Source: Mustelus asterias (Eukaryota). From it: DNA of 64,000 bases. The notes beneath the pieces are model-generated. The model did no database searches. It was not told where the DNA came from and saw nothing but the letters and a program-made list of their open reading frames with translations. The position numbers were made by a program, and so were the translations under genes. Of the stretch, positions 47,714 to 60,490 are shown one piece after another. Within the stretch, counting starts at the first letter, position 1, and each line of letters starts with the position of its first letter. The stretch covers positions 44,392,001-44,456,000 of the forward strand of contig NC_135817.1 in NCBI RefSeq assembly GCF_964213995.1. Direction: 5' to 3'.

Positions 47714-48874
47714 GTATCATTTAAGCACCTCTAATGAAAGGTTATCAACCTGAAATGTTAATTCTGTTTCTCTCTCCACAGATGCTTCCTGAGCTGACAA
47801 GTATTTGTAGCATTTTCTTTTTTTTTCCCCAAAGTTGCTGCGTTTGCGGTCCTTTTACTTTTTGTAAAACTACCGCAGTGCTGCTCTATTTGAGCCTGTT
47901 TAATATAGAAACTCCAACTATTTGGTTTGTAATATTGGCGAAGTGCTTTCTAAAAATTATATTTAAGATTTGCAGCTAGAGTTTTTGTAAGAATTGTTAC
48001 AATCTCTGTAGAGACCGATTTTTTTTTTTCCCCCCAGCAACCAACGGAAATAAACCAAGGAACAAAATTATAAGTTTTAAAACATTTACCATAATAAACA
48101 AACTAAAATCAAAAATTATTTAACAGACAACTAACACACCAAGCTAATCCGCACAATTGAGATATATCTTACAACTGCTTTCACTGTTCACTGCACTTGT
48201 GGCAGCTATTTAACCATACAAGATTGAGTCCCAAGTTGCTCCCAGCTTCCTTGTAGGCTCTAATCTCCCTGCCATGCCGGGTTTTAACTTCCAGTGTGTT
48301 TTGAAAATCACTCCACATAGTCCGAGTATGCCATGGCCAATTGTCACCAGCAACGCCCACCTCGGAGACTCCTTATTCCTTAGATCTCCAAAGGTCCATC
48401 TATTCTGCCTTTTTGAATTGAGAACCAGGTCTTGCCAGCATCCTGCATTGTTGCGTACACATTTTAAAAAAACAGTATTTTACTGTAACAGCAAGAGGTG
48501 CATTCGCTCCCTCTTTCTCTCCCTCATCCTTTGCTAGTTTCTAAAAATTCCCTACCTTTTTGAGCTACCACTAATCCTTGCAGCATTGCACAGCTTTTCA
48601 TTCAACTTGATATGTCTTTAACTTCTTTAGTTAGTCACGGTTGGTTTATTCTTTTTGTGGAATCTTTCTTTCTCAATGGAATATATTTTTGTTGAGAGTT
48701 ATGAAATCTCTAATGTCTGCCACTGCTTCTCAACTATCTTGTCTTTTAACCTATTTTTCCAACCCACTTCAGCGAACTCTGTCGTTGTACCCTTGTAATT
48801 GCATATATTTAAGTTTAAAACACTGGTTTCAGACCCATATTCCTCACCCTCAAAGTTGCAAAGCACCTTTCTAT

Positions 48875-49447
48875 ACACTATAGTTAAGAAAGCCCACCAA
48901 CGCCTCTACTTTCTCAGAAGACTAAGGAAATTTGACATGTCAGCAATGACACTCTCCAACGTTTACAGATGCACCATAGAAAGCATTCTTTCTGGTTTTA
49001 TCACAGCTTGGTATGACTCGTGCTCTGCCCAAAAGACCGCAAGGAACTATAAAAGGTCGTGAATGTATCCCAATCCATCACGCAAACCAGCCTCTGGTAG
49101 ACTCTGTCTACACTTCCCGCTGCCTCGGCAAAGCAGCCAGCATAATTAAGGACCCCACGTACGCTGGACATTCTCTCTTCCACCTTCTTTCTTCGGGAAA
49201 AAGATACAAAAGTCTGAAGTCGCGTACCAACTGACTCAAGAACAGCTTCTTCCCTGCTGCTGTCAGATTTTTGAATGGACTTACCTTGCATTAAGTTGAT
49301 CTTTCTCGACACCCTTGCTATGATTGTAATACTACATTCTGCACTCTCTCGTTTCCTTCTCTATGAATGGTATGTATTGTCTGTATAGAAACAATACTTT
49401 TCACTGTATGTTAATAAATATGACAATAAGTCAAATGAAAATCAAAT
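48875..49447 (+). mobile_element. Rex1/Babar-like LINE 3' fragment
   Basis: VKKAHQRLYFLRRLRKFDMS...YRCTIESILSGFITAWY plus 3' UTR. Confidence 0.78.
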
Positions 49448-51343
49448 TCACGCCATAAAACACCCCAAGGTGCTTCGCGAGAGCATTATAAAGCAAAATG
49501 CACTATAAAGCCACAATAAATAAGAGATCAGATGTACAAAAGGTTGGTCAAAGAGGTCAATTTTAAGAACATCTTGAAGGAGGAAAACAAGGTAGCAAGA
49601 TAAATGTGCACAGCAATTGAATACTGTTGTTGAAAGCTGATGGGCTGAGTGCAAAGGGGATGGAGGTTTAAATCCCAAGATGTAGTTGAGTCAGAAAATA
49701 CAGCTAACTATTTCTTAACATGCTAGGTTCCTGCACTGAATCCTAGACCCGGACACAGTGTTCCTGCTGCTCACCATCTTGGCTCACAGTTTCTTCCTTT
49801 TCCACAGCAATGTAACAAGCATGTCTGACTGCACCCAGCTACAATTCCAAATGCGTCACTGAATCTAGATGCTGCTTCACTTTATTTTCATCAACCAGCT
49901 GTAACATCTCCAAGTTCTAATACTTATTCTGAATTACGAAGTCAGCACATTGGACTTTCACAAAAGAATTGTATCCTCTGCAAACCTCCTGTTACACATG
50001 TTTACAATAATATAATTTGCCTAACACGATCAAGGGTGCTGTCCAAAAGATAAATAGATCATGTATTCATCATTATATTCACTTGTTTGGATTTCCACTG
50101 CAATATAAAAGGCCATTCTAACTGAATGAGCTTTTAATTGCTTCTCTTATCTCTTCCAGTTGCTGCAAGAAGTTTAATAATTTTTGTTAATGTTCTGCCT
50201 GGTTAATATTTGTACAAAATGCCTAAGTTAATGAGATCACTTAAGTTATTATTTTGCAAAAGCAGAAAATTAAGAGATTTTGTATGACAGCTCTTTTTCA
50301 CGGACGGTTTTGCATTAATTCTTGTACATTACAATTCTGCAGAGCTACACTCTAGCTGTTTAGATCAACATGTCAGTATCAGCTGAAATTATTTTTTTAA
50401 ACTTACAGAACTCTTACCACTGCACTCCCAATCCATCCCCTTAAAACATTCCAATCTAATAGTAGTCTTTTTTATTAGTTCTAAGGAACTTAAGGAGCAC
50501 CTTGGAATTGGGATATGGGCCTTGGGACTGCCACTAATAGAGGTTTACAGCATGAAAACAGGCCCATATGAATGATTAAACTGCTGTGGACTGGTTGATC
50601 GAGTGGTATCCTTGAGGACCATGCCCAGAAACCTGCGGATGTATTGAGTGAGATAAGGCGAAGAGACAAGGCTAAAGACAGTAAAGCATGTATTTAGTAT
50701 TGTCACATTGCTATGACCAATCTGCATGTCCCAGAGATTTTTTTTCTCACTCATTTTGGCTTTGAATCACAGAATGTTCTATAGCTTCACCCTTGAATGA
50801 TTTAATTCCTCATGTACTAACACAGTTAGCGCAACTTCAAAAAACAGTTTCCCCTTAGCCTCATTTACCTTTCCCCTGAACTTCCCAAGGATCTATTTCT
50901 AAACTCTTCTCCCTGTTCCTCATCTAAATTCAGCCTGTCCAACTTCCATAAGTATGGTGTTGACAGGTAGTTTCACCTCTTCATTCATTTGTAGACCATG
51001 CGTTATTATTGATAATCACTTTCTGGTTTGGCATTCGTAATTTGGTAGAATGTGGACTGCTGTGTATTGCCTCTTTGTAGCATATTCCAGCCCAAATATT
51101 ATCCAGTATTTTTACAGTCATCACACTAGTCCCACAGCAGAATTGTGTGTCGGGGATATTATAATTCTTGAAAATGTGATTTTGTAAATTTTGTAATCAT
51201 GGGTGTGTGTATATGTCTCCAACTTTATCACTATATAATATAAATTCTGAGATCTCTGGTTTAACATGTTTCTATGTTTCTTCTTTATCGTATTGTAAAT
51301 GGAAAAAGTAGCTTTACGCAGATGTAGCATGCTCTTTTCTCAG

Positions 51344-51414
51344 GAAGGTGACTCTAGTAATGGTAGGATTGGATAATGCTGGGAAAACCGCAACTGTGAA
51401 GGGAATTCAAGGAG
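51344..51414 (+). CDS. ARL13B: ARL13B coding exon 2 (P-loop)
   Basis: Acceptor cttttctcAG, donor G|gtaagg, 71 nt. [23 protein letters not shown] contains the ARF-family GLDNAGKT motif. Phases join exons 1 and 3. Confidence 0.97.
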
Positions 51415-51493
51415 GTAAGGAATTTTTGGTGATCCATTGAAACTTCAAACTATATTATTCTAACTCTCTGTGGTAATTGTATAAACATTGTGA

Positions 51494-52350
51494 GGGCAAT
51501 TCTCCCAAAAAGAATTAATTGCCCAACAGGCGGAAAAATGGGTGATTTTCCCGCCCGTTTTTTGGGAGTACTTTATTTTACGAATCTTTGGCACCCTGTG
51601 CTTCACATCCCACCTCCAATCAGACTCGTGCCTCATCCCACTGGCGAGGCCGGCAGTATAGCGCTGAGTGGGCCACTGCGCTTGCGACGATCTGTCAGTG
51701 AGGAGATCGGCGAATTTGCATTCTTCTCTCTCTCTTCCCCCCCCCCCCCCCCTCGCCAGCTGGCTTCCCAACCACCCCACGCCGCCCCAACCCACCCCAC
51801 CATGTGCAGCCCCAATCACCGTCTTCCTCCCTCTCCCATCAATCCCCTTGCCGAGTGCACAGCAGGTCTCCTCCCACCACCACGGATTGGCCCCACCCCC
51901 TTGACAATGCCATGGTGCCCAGTGGGCACACTGACGGTGCCCAGTGGGTGGTGCCAGGCTGGCACTGGCCAAGGGACACCCCCCATCCTGCCGCAACCTC
52001 CCAGGGTGGCCTCGATGGCCTCTGTTTCCACTAACAGGATGATCATACCTGATCCCTGTTGATGGGGACGAATTGTAATCTCCGCTGGTGGGAACCTCTC
52101 CCAGCAATGGGGGAGACACTAGCGAGCCCGGAGACTACCATCCTGGGCTCACTAATCATATGGAAAGGTGAATCTCCATATTGGAAACAGCCTTGCACCG
52201 ATTTCCAGCGTGAGACAGATTGCATCGAGAAATGTTGCCTGGGAGACTCACGATCGGCCGGACGCCAGTCGCAAGTCCCGCTATAGGCTCCCACTGATGT
52301 ATCCTGGCCACTGCACTACTCAAACAGCACAGCAGCTAGGAGAATTGCCC
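51494..52350. mobile_element. Harbinger-type MITE in the ARL13B intron after coding exon 2
   Basis: Perfect 12-bp TIR GGGCAATTCTCC/GGAGAATTGCCC, GC-rich interior in AT-rich flanks. TSD unclear. Confidence 0.75.
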
Positions 52351-53251
52351 CCAGTGAATTTCATGTGAAATCTTGTCTCATAAGAAATAACAGCTGTAGC
52401 TTTTAAATTATAGAAAATAAATTTAATCTCCTGTTCATAGCAGATCTTTCAAATATTGTAATGCAGGCATTGCTCCCAACTAACTGCTCTTAATGAGAAT
52501 GAAAACTACAAAATAGGACTCTATAATACCCATAATTCTGGCATGATGGGTACTGTTTTGCTAACAAAATGGCATCCATGCTGCACGTGCTCACCAGTAC
52601 AGGAAGCAAGATTGAGTCATTAGCTGGTAATGCTTATTTGACACCAGCGGTGTGATTTTTCAAGCTTGCCATTCTAGCATACGTCCTCTTTAACCATGTA
52701 CTGATGAATAAGAGTTCAGCAACAGGAAGGGATCCTCATCATTAATAAATGCAGAGGATGGTTGAACGCAACACAGATTGTTGTGGGATGCTACTTGTCA
52801 CATCTTGCTCATTAACATTCCTGCGCATTATTCCTATTCTCTGCCTTCCACTCAGCCAGTTTCCAAACTAGGTCAACAAAATCAATTCCAGGGGCTACAA
52901 CTTCAGTTAACAGTCTCTTGTGATGAATTTTATCAAACTCTTTTTGGAAGTTTTATAAATAACATCCATCGACATTTTCCAGTCCACTGGTTTTGTCACC
53001 TTTTTTATTTAAAAAATCAGTCAGGTTCCTGATATGACCCACCTTTTACAAATGCATGCTGGATTTTAAGGGAGTAAAATCACTTATCAATTATGGTAAC
53101 CCTGCGACGCACAGCTCTTTCTTGCCAGTTTATGTTGTCCACGAGAAGCCAGACAAATGCTTTAAATCTGGCAAGCATTTCATTTGTGATTCAAAAGAAT
53201 GCTAGAAAGACTCAACAGGTCAGGTGGAGAGAGAAGCAGAGTTAACGTTTC

Positions 53252-53377
53252 GGCTGGAATTTTACTGGCATGCTTGCCCGAGGCTTGTAAGATCGCACCC
53301 GAGGCCAACAGAGAATTCCGTTCTACGAGCCTTGCCCGCCCTGTTTCTGGGGCGGGTGTGTCGGTAAAATCAGGGCC
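53252..53377. mobile_element. 126-bp Harbinger-type MITE
   Basis: TIRs GGCTGGAATTTTAC and GTAAAATCAGGGCC. 3-bp TSD TTC. Interrupts an older repeat. Confidence 0.72.
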
Positions 53378-53615
53378 TTCGAGTCCAATGTGACTCTTCT
53401 TTGAAACCCATTTGTGACTTCTTTTTTGCAAGAACTCCCTGCAGCCATACTGCATATATCTTCAGCCTAAAATGTCTCTGCTACATAGGGATTCAGGGTG
53501 GTGGTTACTTTAACCTCTTCAAGCAATACAGTACCAGTTATGGGCTCCAACTGTTGGCAGTGTTCTATAGCTATCTGGTCTTGCCTCTTTGGGAATCTGA
53601 ATCTCTATAGCCAAC

Positions 53616-53855
53616 CATCTCTTTAACCTGTGCTTAATGCTCCCTCCACTCACATTGTCTGTATCTTTAAGACCTGGTTGGCTGTAGAGATTCGCATTCT
53701 AATCAGTATTCTGTAACTTGATTTTGTGTCTCTGTGCCCTGTTTGAGAGCAGATTTCCACTCCATCTGACAAAGGAGCAGCGCTCCGAAAGCTAATGGCA
53801 TTTGCTACCAAATAAACCTGTTGGACTTTAACCTGGTGTTGTTAAAACTCTTACT
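53616..53855 (+). mobile_element. PLE 3' region, single arm, related subfamily
   Basis: Colinear with 24771-25011. Hammerhead core mutated (CTGACAA), stem I CCAT/ATGG retained. Lacks the tail. Confidence 0.82.
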
Positions 53856-54539
53856 AGATTATATATGCAGGGTAAGTCTCTTTGTGAGGTGTGGTCCTCC
53901 ATCCTGAATTCCTGGCAGGGCCGTGTGATATTCCCTAAAGCTCCCCAAACTGATGCTGCTTTTGCACCTGTACCCCCTCTTCCTATAGCCAGTAAGGAGT
54001 GGCCAATATCACAGTTATCCATCAATAACGCAAATACTTCTCAATGCTGGCAAGATAGTTGAAATGTCAAAAATAGCACAATTTCAAATGCTGATCATAA
54101 AAGCTCCTTTAACTGTCCAGAAAGACACCGATGATCTGACTACTTGCAAATGAGTGTCCCATATCTTTAGCACGCAGTACAACTGTATGGGTCCAGCACT
54201 GAACATTCATGCTGAGCTCACCTGTTTTTGAAAGGAATTCCATTCACTTATAACTAGGCTTTGATGGCAGTCGGCAGATAGACAAGGATGGGGCAGTAAG
54301 TTTAGCACTTGAGTTTTCAAGCACTACTACTACATTCGTGCCTGATAAGGGATTGAAAACTGGTTCTAATGTACGTATTAAGAATATGATTGTGATTTCT
54401 AATTGGTTTTATTATATGTAAGATTCCATTTGGGGTCGATGCTGGAGCGGAGAAATGGGTTTAAAATGTTGAAAAAAGTAGCAGTTGGAAGTTCTTCATT
54501 GACCCATGGAGTATGCATACTTATTCTTTTCTTTTGCAG

Positions 54540-54789
54540 AATCTCTGGAAGATATAGCTCCCACAGTGGGTTTTTCAAGAATTGATCTAAAACAGGACAA
54601 GTTTGAAGTCACCATCTTTGATTTGGGAGGAGGAAAAAGAATTCGTGGTATCTGGAAGAACTATTATGCTGAGTCTTTTGGTGTTGTTTTTGTTGTGGAC
54701 TCCAGTGATGTTGATCGAATAGAAGAAGCCAAAGATATTGTAGCAGAGGTCATAAGGCATCCTCGGATATCAGGGAAACCTGTACTAGT
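54540..54789 (+). CDS. ARL13B: ARL13B coding exon 3 (switch I/II); gene continues beyond the window
   Basis: Acceptor cttttgcAG, donor GT|gtaagt, 250 nt. [57 protein letters not shown]...[16 protein letters not shown] (Gly in place of the catalytic Gln) is diagnostic of ARL13. Confidence 0.97.
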
Positions 54790-57700
54790 GTAAGTATTAA
54801 CTCTGAACATAGAAAAAACATCTTGCATCATAGATTGTTTATCTATAAACAACAGATAAACAGATCTATTGTTTATCTTATCCAATATTTATATATGCAT
54901 GAATAAAATGGTACAAGTATTCTTATATGCAGCAATATCGCAGGTCTTCTGTTAGTGTAACACTGAATGCCCAGTCGATGAACATTTGGCCTGTGTATTC
55001 TGCTTCTGTGCTCACTAGCCCACAATTTTCTACCTATTAATATAAATGGTTGTAGTTTGCACACGCTTGGATTATTATGATCAATCTGTTAGATTTTAAA
55101 TACTGCTTCTTAAAGTTAAATGTAAAGAGGAAACTGCATAATATCTGAAATATCGTTACTGTGGGGAAAGTGAACTTTTCTATAGTTGTAACATCCTAAT
55201 GACCTGATTTGGTTCATATGAACCAATGGAAATCATTTTATTGAGAGACCGTCTGCTTTTGCAGTAGAATGCTAGGTATGTCAATGGGTAACACAACTGC
55301 AATCTCTGACTGGACAGTTTTGACGTAATGGTGAGCTGTTCATGGGCAAAGTTGCAAATTAAACTGCCCCACCCCCAGTCATCAGTTCAGCACAGAACAT
55401 TTTCTCTTTTAAAAAATGATTTCTGTCCCAGCAAGTAAGCGCTAATAAGAATGAGAAATTTCTGCTGTTTGGCAGAATTCTAACTTTTGGGTCACCAGAA
55501 GTCCACCTTTTTTTTTCTGACCTCCACCTGGCCCAGGGATGCTATCCATCAGCCCCTCCCTCTTCAGTCTGCTGCCAATCTGACTCGCCTTTTGTGAGCA
55601 GGAGATGGAGAGGTCGTACCTCCAGTAGCTGCTGCCCCCAAGTTCAGCCTACAGAGCATCTTCCTGTGCGGGGCTGTCTTCCTGGCGCTGCCTCCGCTGC
55701 CAAAGAGTTGCTGGTGCACGACAGCTGGATGGTCTTGCTCAATCTGAGACTCCGTTACTAATGGAATGACTTGGCCCCCAACCCAACCGTAGCCTGCCAC
55801 TCAGATTCAGGATCCAGCTTCAGCCCTAGGAGGGAGGAAGATTCTTGGTCTTTGATTCTTTGGCCTTGACCAAATTCTGCCCTCTGCAGCACTGCCTCTG
55901 GCTCAACTTTCTCCAGATCCCAATGTTCCTAAGTGTCCGGTGATGGAAGAGGCTACAGTCCTATCTTATTGGATTCTGAACCCTAGGGCTGAGCTAAATC
56001 TCCTGGGGAGACAAGTTTACTTACCCCAGCAGTGCAGAATCAAGTGACACCGGCCAAGGAAGAGTCACAGCCGTCTACTGACAGTGGCAAGGAGGAGCCA
56101 CAGCAGTGGTTGAAGGAATTGTTATTAAAGGGTGAGGAGTGTTGCTTGGCTGCTGCGAGGGGTGAGAGTGTGAGTTGGTGGGCAGGGTAGAGAAGTGGGG
56201 CTGAAGCCTGGCATCTGGGTTTCAGGGCTTGGGTTATAGGCCTGGATAACTGCATCAATCAAGGTTTTATAAAGGATTGGCATTTGAATCTAATTTATAA
56301 AATGTTACTCTTTTATCCATGGTTATTATTGCTGTTTTTCCACTCCAGCTCCCCCACATTCATGCAGGGATAGTGAAATCCACATAGCAGGGAGGAGGAA
56401 GAGTGGATGAGTGAGGGGGTGATGGGGAGGGACGGAGGGTTGAATGCGTGCTGCTAAGTGGGAAAGGGGGATAGGAGTGGGGGGCTGAGTAGGATAGGAA
56501 GGCATGTGAATGTGTAGGGGTGGGAGGGAAGTCATGAATGAATGTGACGGAGGTGGGTGGGAAGAGGTGTATGTGTGTGTTTGTGGTGGAGGAGATGAAC
56601 TGATTACAATGTGTTTGGGTGGGGCGAGAGAGATATCTGACACTAGAAGATATGGAGAGTTTGGCTGATATTTATATATAATTGAACAAAACACAGATTT
56701 TATATGATGTAATATTATAAGCTGATCTATTAAAACACAAACTTTGGTAACATACCAAATGTTATTAGGCTGCTTTATTGTTTTATATTTGGTGTCTAGG
56801 GTCACAATTTTCAATAGTTATTTATATATACATATATTTATTCATGCTATGTGGGCATCACTGGCATGACCAGCCTTTGTTGCCCATCACTAATTGCTAT
56901 TGAGTGAGTTAAAATGAATCACATTGGAATATAGTTTGTGAAGCACTGCCATAATCCTTTGCTTTGCATGTACATAATCCAGCAAGGTCATGTTCTATTG
57001 TTAATATGGGCTTCATCCTGAATTACATGCACAAACTGCACTGAATGCTGAAAAGCTGAGATCGTTTTGGTGATTTGATACCAATGCATTGTTCCACAAG
57101 TGAAGAAAACAGCTGATGGCAAATGCTGGATTATTTCAAATCCCAAAAGGGAAACTTGGAAAAAACTGCCCTCACCTGTATTTAGCAATTTGAAAGGTTT
57201 GAAATCCAGAGAGTTATGTCCCAGACGTTTTGTGGTGACTTTTAAAATAAAATAAATGTTTATTAGGCAATAAAATAAACTGGAAGTATCCTTAACTAGG
57301 ACAATGGCTAGACACAATAACTAATTTCATCTAGTTCCAAACACCTTTATTTCAGTGCCTTCGGAGCTAATTCTCCGCAAGTGTTCCACAAATATCTTAG
57401 ATGTTTAAAACTATTAACAATCCAGTAACTATTACCATACCAGGCCGCTTTATCTCTTTGGGGTTTACTTCTCGGGTAAAACAAACAACTGGCTTCTCCA
57501 GACAGACTTTCTTCACAGACACGGCTTGCTAGGAGTTGAACAGCTATTCCTGCTGTGTCTGAAAAAACTACCCTTGCCTTGATTTAATCAGCTTCTGGTA
57601 TACAGTTTTTCCCTTTTGAACTTGCCTTATCTGAACTGGTCTCTTCAGAAGTCAAACTTAATTGCCTTCATTTCATGAGGCTGGCTGCCTTTTAGAGTGT

Positions 57701-60391
57701 AAATGAAAAGTTCACACCTCGTCTCCTCCTTTGAACCTCATTCAAAGCAGTTTATGTTCTGTTCATTGTTACGAGGTTGCCTTAGATAAATATCTATTTG
57801 AAGTGTTGCTAGGCTCATCAGTATATCAAAAGCACTAGTTCTATTAGCATAACCAAACTGTCCCTGCCTTAAGCAGCTATTTCCATACTTTTTGAAAATA
57901 TATAACAGAAAATATTGCAATTTATTGGATTTCCCCTAATATGCTCATGCAATTGCTATTTTTCCTGACAGTCTTGATATTTATAGAAGATAAACAAAGG
58001 GAAAACTAACTTTTCTATCCATTTGAATTAATTCCACCCATTTGAAATGGCTGAGAAGCATTTGCATTTCTTTACAGATCATTAAAAAGTGCTATCACTT
58101 CATGATTCCTTGCCACAAATTTTCAGACCTTTTTTACCTTTGGTGACTAATTTCAGATTTATTTGTCTTTGGCCACTGTCAATCCTGCAATAAAATCATT
58201 TTCAAGTTATTACAATGTTAAGTATAGCTGCAGTTTCTCATTTATGGTACCGAATATAGTGACCTTGTGATCTGAAACAGGACAGAAAACTGTCATTCCT
58301 GCACCCACCAGCAGAGAAATAATATGATTTAATTCTGATTATCTGAAGTTGTTCAAATTGGCTCATTTGAATCCGTACTTAGGCAAAATCAGCTGCATTT
58401 TCAAAGAGTAAACTGGCCATCATGGGTCCCACTTGTGGAACTAGGAACAGAGATTTGGTATTTTTTATTTCTTTCCGGGGTGAACTGCCACAAAAACTCT
58501 GCAGAATTTATGTAGATAGTCCAGCTATCTGTACAATGTAGATTGGTCTACACCAAGCCTCTTATTGCCCATTCATTCATCTTGACTTTGCACACCTAGT
58601 GGTGTCATCTCAGCAAAGCAATCTGATGATATCACTTGCCCTCCTTTTAGATTGTAGCCTTGTGTTCCACCTAATTTAGGATTTAACTTCCTGATATCTA
58701 TTCTGTAACCTGTCGCTACACTGGTACAGGCTCAAAGGATGTGGATTGAACATGTGATTTGGTGAGGGATTTGCCTTCACACTGAAGGACATCAGAGGAA
58801 CACCATAGAAAGTAATCATTGTAAGCAGAAGGGAACTTTATCTGTCAGTAATGTTATCTCATTTCATTCACGTGCAACATATCTATGAAAGCAATTTTAA
58901 AAAAAATAATTTATGGGATGTGGGTTTCGCTGGCTCGCATTTATTGCCCATCCCTACTTTCCCTTGAGAAGCTGGTGGTGAGCTGCCTTCTTGAACCACT
59001 GTGCTGGCTTTGAAGAGGGTCCAGAAGAGGTTAACGAGAATGATTCAGGAATAAAAGGCTTTGGTGTTTGAGGAGCATTTGAGGACTCCGGGTCTGTGCT
59101 CGATGGAGTTTAGAAAGTTGAGGGGGGATTTCATTGAAACTTACAGAATACTGAAAGGCCTGGATAGAGTGGACGTGGAGAAGCTGTTTCCATTAGTAGG
59201 GGAGACGAGGATCCAAGGGCCCAGCCTCAGTAAAGGGACGACCCTTCAGAACCGAGATGAGGAGGACTTTCTTCAGCCAAAGGGTGGTGAATCTGTGGAA
59301 TTCATTGCCACAGAAGGCTATGGAGGCAAAGTCATTGAGTGTATTTAAGACAGAGATAGGTTCTTGATTGGTAAGGGGATCAGATGTTACGGGGAAAAGG
59401 TGGGAGAATGGTGTTGAGAAACATATCAGCCATGATCGAATGGCGGAACAGACTCAATGGGCTGAATGGACTAATTCTGCTCCCATATCGTATGGTCTAT
59501 GGTCACTGCAGTCACCTGAGGTGTATGTGCACCCACAGTCGGGAGGGAATTCCAGGATTTTAACTCAGCGACAGTGAAGGAACGGTTATATTTTTCCAGC
59601 TCAGGGTAGTGAGTGGCTTGGAGGGGAACCTCCAGGTGGGGATGTTCCCCGTTATCTGTTGCTCTTCTGCCACTTGTTTGTCAGTGGTGTAGGGATTGAA
59701 TGTTTGTGGATGCGGTAGCAATCAAGCGGACTACTTTGTCCTGAATTGTGTCGAGCTTCTTGAGTGTTGTTGGAGCTGCACTCACCCAAGCAAGTGGAGG
59801 GTATTCCATTATACTCATGACTTGTGCCTTGTAGATGGTGGACATTGGGGCACCAGGAGATAAGTTACTCGCTGCAGGATTCCTAGCCGTTGACTTGCTC
59901 TGGTAACCACATTATTAATATTAGTCTCGTTCAATTTCTAGTAACCCCTAGGAAGTTGATAGTGGGGGATTCGGTGATGGTGATGTCATTGAATGTTAAG
60001 GGGGATGATTGGATCCTCTCTTGTTGGAGAGGGTCATTGCCAGGCACTTGTGTGGTTACTAATATTTGTTACTTGCTGCTTGTCAGCCTAAACCTGAATA
60101 TTGCCCATGTTAATTTCTAGCTTATCATTTTTAAATGTCTCCATATTAGTGAGTAGTAATTATAAATTCTGTGCAGGGTACATGTTTCAGGTGAAGACAT
60201 CCCCTTCAGTTTCTGACTCCAGTATGACTAATTTTCATTACCATTTTAGAGGCCTCGTCAATAATTTGAACTCAAATTTACTGTGTACTGTATATCACTA
60301 AGAGGAAAATGTGTTTGTCAGATGCTATGTAGGTATGGAATATGTCTCATCTTTGTTAGTATGCTTTGAAATTGCTGCTTTGAATATTGAG

Positions 60392-60490
60392 TAAGAAGTT
60401 TAACAACACCAGGTTAAAGTCCAACTTTAACCTGGTGTTGTTAAACTTCTTACTGTGTTTACCCCAGTCCAACGCCGGCATCTCCACATC
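60392..60490. mobile_element. Minimal PLE fold-back insertion
   Basis: About 30-bp arms around a 3-nt loop plus the tail. TSD TTGAATATTGAG (60380-60391, 60491-60502). Confidence 0.85.

Noticed and set aside
51460-52368. Cluster of long overlapping Pro/Gly-rich ORFs
   Set aside because: A by-product of the GC-rich MITE interior, with no recognisable domains.
3998-60490. Recurrent ~35-bp repeat CAACACCAGGTTAAAGTCCAACAGG as a CRISPR array
   Set aside because: Copies are dispersed, inverted, TSD-flanked and linked to a GIY-YIG fragment. There are no regular spacers or cas genes, and the DNA is eukaryotic.
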